This document shows, one piece after another, positions 60,910 through 64,000 of a stretch of 64,000 nt of DNA. Made by a program: the position numbers and the translations under genes. The notes under the pieces are model-generated. The model did no database searches, was not told where the DNA came from, and was given only the letters and a program-made list of their open reading frames with translations. How positions within the stretch are numbered: position 1 is the stretch's first letter; every line of letters starts with the position of its first letter. The stretch comes from Macrostomum lignano (taxonomy: Eukaryota), in the NCBI GenBank assembly GCA_002269645.1, contig NIVC01000646.1, positions 248,001 through 312,000 on the forward strand, read 5' to 3'.

Positions 60910-61415
60910 AAGCGAGAGACAGTCTGAGAGTCAGCCAGCGAGTCATTCAGAGAGTCAGTCAGAGAGTCCGAGAGTCAGAAAGCGAGAGACAGTCTGAGAG
61001 TCAGCCAGAGAGTCATTCATAGAGTCAGTCAGAGAGTCAGAGAGTCAGAGAGTCAGAGAGACAGAGAGTCAGACAGTCAGAAGTCAGAAGTCAGAAAGTC
61101 AGAGAGCCAGAAACAGACAGTCAGACAGTCAGACACAGGCAGCCAGAGAGTCAGACAGCCAGAGAGTCAGACAGCCAGAGAGTCAGACAGCCAGAGAGTC
61201 AGACAGTCAGACAGTCAGACAGTCAGAAGTCAGAAGTCAGAAAGTCAGAGAGCCAGAAACAGACAGTCAGACAGTCAGACAGTCAGAGAGTCAGAAAGTC
61301 AGAGAGCCAGAAACAGAGAGTCAGAGAGTCAGACAGTCAGACAGTCAGAGAGTCAGAAAAAGACAGTCAGAGAGTCAGACAGTCAGAGAGTCAGACAGTC
61401 AGACAGTCAGAGACT
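60885..61415. repeat. GAGTCA/GTCAGA-rich low-complexity repeat (islet intron 3)
   Basis: Direct reading. Confidence 0.88.
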
Positions 61416-61939
61416 TAAAGCTGTCAGGAAATACTACAAGAGCGGACAGCAGAGGGCCGGTCAAGTGAGAATCAGAGAACAGAGGGCCAGCTGGCGGCGC
61501 CATCAATCAATGCGAGCTTCAATGGGAACAGCCGGCCAAATATTTGACCGCACGCTTGTGTAGAATACGAGCGTAGGCCAGCCGAGTGAGAAAGTCGGGC
61601 AAAGCGAGAATTGCTGAGAGGAGGCTTGGGAAGTTGAAGGAATTTGGCGGGCCGGCTGTTTGCCCGGTCCAAACAGGACATCGAGCTGAGGGTCAACTCT
61701 AACTGACATTCTCTTGATTTGCCTGCCTAATTAATAATTAATTAGCTACCCACCCCGCTCTGTACATGTATATTTATTTCGCGGGGCTGGAGGTCACAAT
61801 TAGACGGCTGAATGCTTCATTAGTCTGGGCAAAATCGAACCACAAACCGCAGTCTTAGAGACTTCTGATGTCTGCGGTTATCGGAGTTCGATTCCTGAGT
61901 ATCAGCCTCCAGAAAATTGTCCAGAAAGTTAAAAAGGGC

Positions 61940-62705
61940 ATGTCACAATGTCAGGCTCCTGTGTCAGTCACAATGTCAGGCCCTTGTGTCAGTCACAATG
62001 TCAGGCCCTTGTGTCAGTCACAATGTCAGGCCCTTGTGTCAGTCACAATATCAGGCCCTTGTGTCAGTCACAATGTCAGACTGTGTCAGTCACAATGCCA
62101 GACTTGTGTCAGTCACAATGCCAGACTTGTGTCAGTCACAATGTCAGACGCGTGTCAGTCACAATGTCAGACTAGATTCAGTCACAATGTCAGACTTGTG
62201 TCAGTCACAATGTCAGACGAGTGTCAGTCACAATGTCAGACGAGTGTCAGTCACAATGTCAGACGAGTGTCAGTCACAATGTCAGACTAGATTCAGTCAC
62301 AATGTCAGACGAGTGTCAGTCACAATGTCAGACGAGTGTCAGTCACAATGTCAGACTAGATTCAGCCACAATGTCAGACTAGTGTCAGTCACAATCCCAG
62401 ACTTGTGTCAGTCACAATCCCAGACTTGTGTCAGTCACAATGTCAGACGAGTGTCAGTCACAATGTCAGACGAGTGTCAGTCACAATGTCAGACTAGATT
62501 CAGCCACAATGTCAGACTAGTGTCAGTCACAATGTCAGACTTGTGTCAGTCACAATCCCAGACTTGTGTCAGTCACAATGTCAGACTGTGTCAGTCACAA
62601 TGTCAGACTGTGTCAGTCACAATGCCAGACTTGTGTCAGTCACAATGCCAGGCTATTGTCAGTCACAATGTCAGACGAGTGTCAGTCACAATGTCAGACT
62701 ATTGT
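61940..62705. repeat. About 20-bp minisatellite (islet intron 3)
   Basis: TGTGTCAGTCACAATGTCAGAC-type units. Confidence 0.93.
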
Positions 62706-63604
62706 GGCGCTTACAGAGACATTCTCTAATAATTGTTCTCCCCTGTAAGTGCCATAAAAATCGAGTTCCAGGATATGGACAGCAGCCAGAAAGCACAGTC
62801 AGCCTTATCTAGTACTAAAAGCATCTTAGGAATTGTCTCCGACGACAAGACGCGACAAGCCATTGAGGCCAGACTGGCAGGCACCGCCCCAGCCCCCCCC
62901 CCCCCCTGATTGCTGAATTTTTATCTTTTATTATTTTCCAGCAAGCCGGATCCTGAAGCAGGCCGGCCCAAATCGTTGCCTTCCCTTTTTAGGGGACGGG
63001 GCGAGGCTGACTAGTTGGAAAGAGTTTCCCTGCCTCTGTGTTGGGGCTGTGTGAGGGCTTGATGGCCAAAATGGTCTATAGGAAGGCTTGTTCATAGTAC
63101 GGGCATTAACTTCCATAGGGGAAGGGGGAGACCAGGCTTTGATCATTAGTCCCTAGTCACCAGTAGCCATATTCATTCAGGGGGTCAAGCGCTCCTAGTT
63201 AGGCACTGTTTTCTGGCTTCTATTCATCAGAGATATAAAAGCATGCTTTATAGGATGATGTAATGCTTATAAATTTCATCCAAACACCAAACGGTAGCCA
63301 AATATATAAGCTCAGCGTTGGGCAAGATAAAACAACACTGTAACAAAATGCGGTACGACACTACACAATAGAACACAACACGACACTACCACAAAACACA
63401 ACTCAACATGGTAAAACAACTCAGCACAACAGCACAACCCTTAACAACAACCTAGCTCTTCGCTGCAACAGAACTCGGCGCAGTTAATCCCACTTATACC
63501 CCGGTAGAAAGCAAGGACTACTAGACTAGACTACAACGAAGTGTTCCTAGTGGTCCTTGATAGAAAGATCTGTAGCAAAACCCACCCGACACCCAACCGA
63601 ACAG

Positions 63605-64000
63605 GCCAGGAAAATGACGACTCGCGAAGCCCGTCGGTCACCAGCGAGACGCCGTCAAACAGCGAGAGCTCCGTGTACAACTCGGCCGGGCATGGCGGCG
63701 GTCACGTCGGCAGCGGCGGCGGCGGCGGCGGCAAAAGGAAAGGCGGCGGAGGCGGCGGAGGCGGCGTGAGCAAGGACAGCAGCAAGGCGACCCGAGTCCG
63801 GACGGTGCTGAACGAGAAGCAGCTGCACACGCTGCGCACCTGCTACGCGGCCAACCCTCGGCCGGACGCGCTGATGAAGGAGCAGCTGGTGGAGATGACC
63901 GGCCTGAGCCCGAGGGTCATCCGGGTCTGGTTTCAGAACAAGCGGTGCAAGGACAAGAAGAAACAGCTGCTCATGAAGCAGATGGAGCACCAGCAGCAGA
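63605..64000 (+). CDS. isl1: Islet, exon 4 (homeodomain), truncated by the window end
   Basis: Phase-1 ACAG acceptor; [57 protein letters not shown] is the Islet-class homeodomain. Confidence 0.97.

Overview
Eukaryotic (animal) genomic DNA. GC-rich exons, spliceosomal GT-AG introns and roughly 40-45% tandem repeat (hand tally) suggest a Macrostomum-like flatworm; the organism is inferred, not shown. Protein genes: a 5-exon salt-inducible kinase (SIK, minus strand), an intronless divergent class A GPCR, a TULIP/Grp7-allergen-like gene (5' end unresolved), a DIRS/Ngaro-type tyrosine recombinase with no RT/gag nearby, a class I eIF4E with a long acidic N-terminal extension, an intronless PKA type II regulatory subunit, and an Islet LIM-homeobox gene running off the right end. 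Mobile DNA: a 2.9-kb TIR element inserted into a satellite (2-bp CG target duplication), tRNA-derived SINEs sharing a central core, a solo LTR inside one SINE (4-bp TSD), and Helentron/DINE-like units carrying internal arrays. Best leads: (1) a stand-alone, catalytically intact tyrosine recombinase bracketed by 11-bp inverted repeats next to CA-rich arrays; (2) a PKA RII subunit with an RI-like non-phosphorylatable RRVAV site; (3) different minisatellites in every long intron, one beginning exactly at, and multiplying, a 5' splice site. No CRISPR, rRNA or convincing intact tRNA genes were found.
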